Below, piece by piece: positions 63,807 to 64,000 of a stretch of DNA of 64,000 bases. The position numbers and the translations under genes are program-made. The stretch comes from Takakia lepidozioides (Eukaryota; Plantae; Bryophyta). Below the pieces are notes generated by a model. It did not search any database. It was not told the origin of the DNA and saw only the letters and a list, made by a program, of their open reading frames with translations. Every line of letters begins with the position of its first letter. Position 1 is the stretch's first letter. The stretch is taken from the NCBI GenBank assembly GCA_030704615.1, contig CM060732.1, positions 66,154,001 to 66,218,000 on the forward strand, given 5' to 3'.

Positions 63807-64000
63807 ATGTCCATTTGACATTGAAGTGCTTGTGAAGTTGCAGTGTAACTGAACAATTCATTGAACGTCCACTGGGAAGTCGAATGATGTAATATTACAT
63901 GATTATGTAATCACGATAAACAAATGTGCCGAATCGAACATGGGATAGACTCATAGTACTCTACCATACTTGATATAAGTTGATAGTAATTTTGATTGAA

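Noticed and set aside
1-64000. Prokaryotic systems (CRISPR array, operons, defence islands, rRNA)
   Set aside because: The genes have spliceosomal introns, and there is no regularly spaced repeat-spacer array or rRNA-like sequence.

Overview
Eukaryotic nuclear DNA from a land plant, with spliceosomal multi-exon genes. The Replitron-like and RTEX-like elements point to a non-seed lineage such as a fern, lycophyte or bryophyte (inference). It is not a prokaryotic locus: no operons, CRISPR array or rRNA. Seven intron-containing genes were reconstructed by hand: a TSJT1/Wali7 (DUF3700) gene (+), TRM13 (+), a SHM6/7-type serine hydroxymethyltransferase (+), an OTU4-like deubiquitinase ending in SKL (+), a receptor-like kinase with almost no ectodomain (-), a GH3 beta-xylosidase (-), and a YbeY(-HAD) gene whose HAD part looks broken (+). 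Intergenic and intronic DNA is a dense mosaic of mobile elements: two tRNA-derived SINE families, non-autonomous hAT elements with 8-bp TSDs, Tourist MITEs, a probable Helitron, RTEX-like LINE 3' ends (a tandem array of them sits in an SHMT intron), and a decayed Replitron-type HUH transposase. The most unusual items are the Replitron relic, a TSD-bounded SINE carrying a stop-free 360-bp Ty3/gypsy RT-RNase H piece, the LINE 3'-end array, and the apparent YbeY/HAD fission. All family assignments come from motif recognition; no searches were run.
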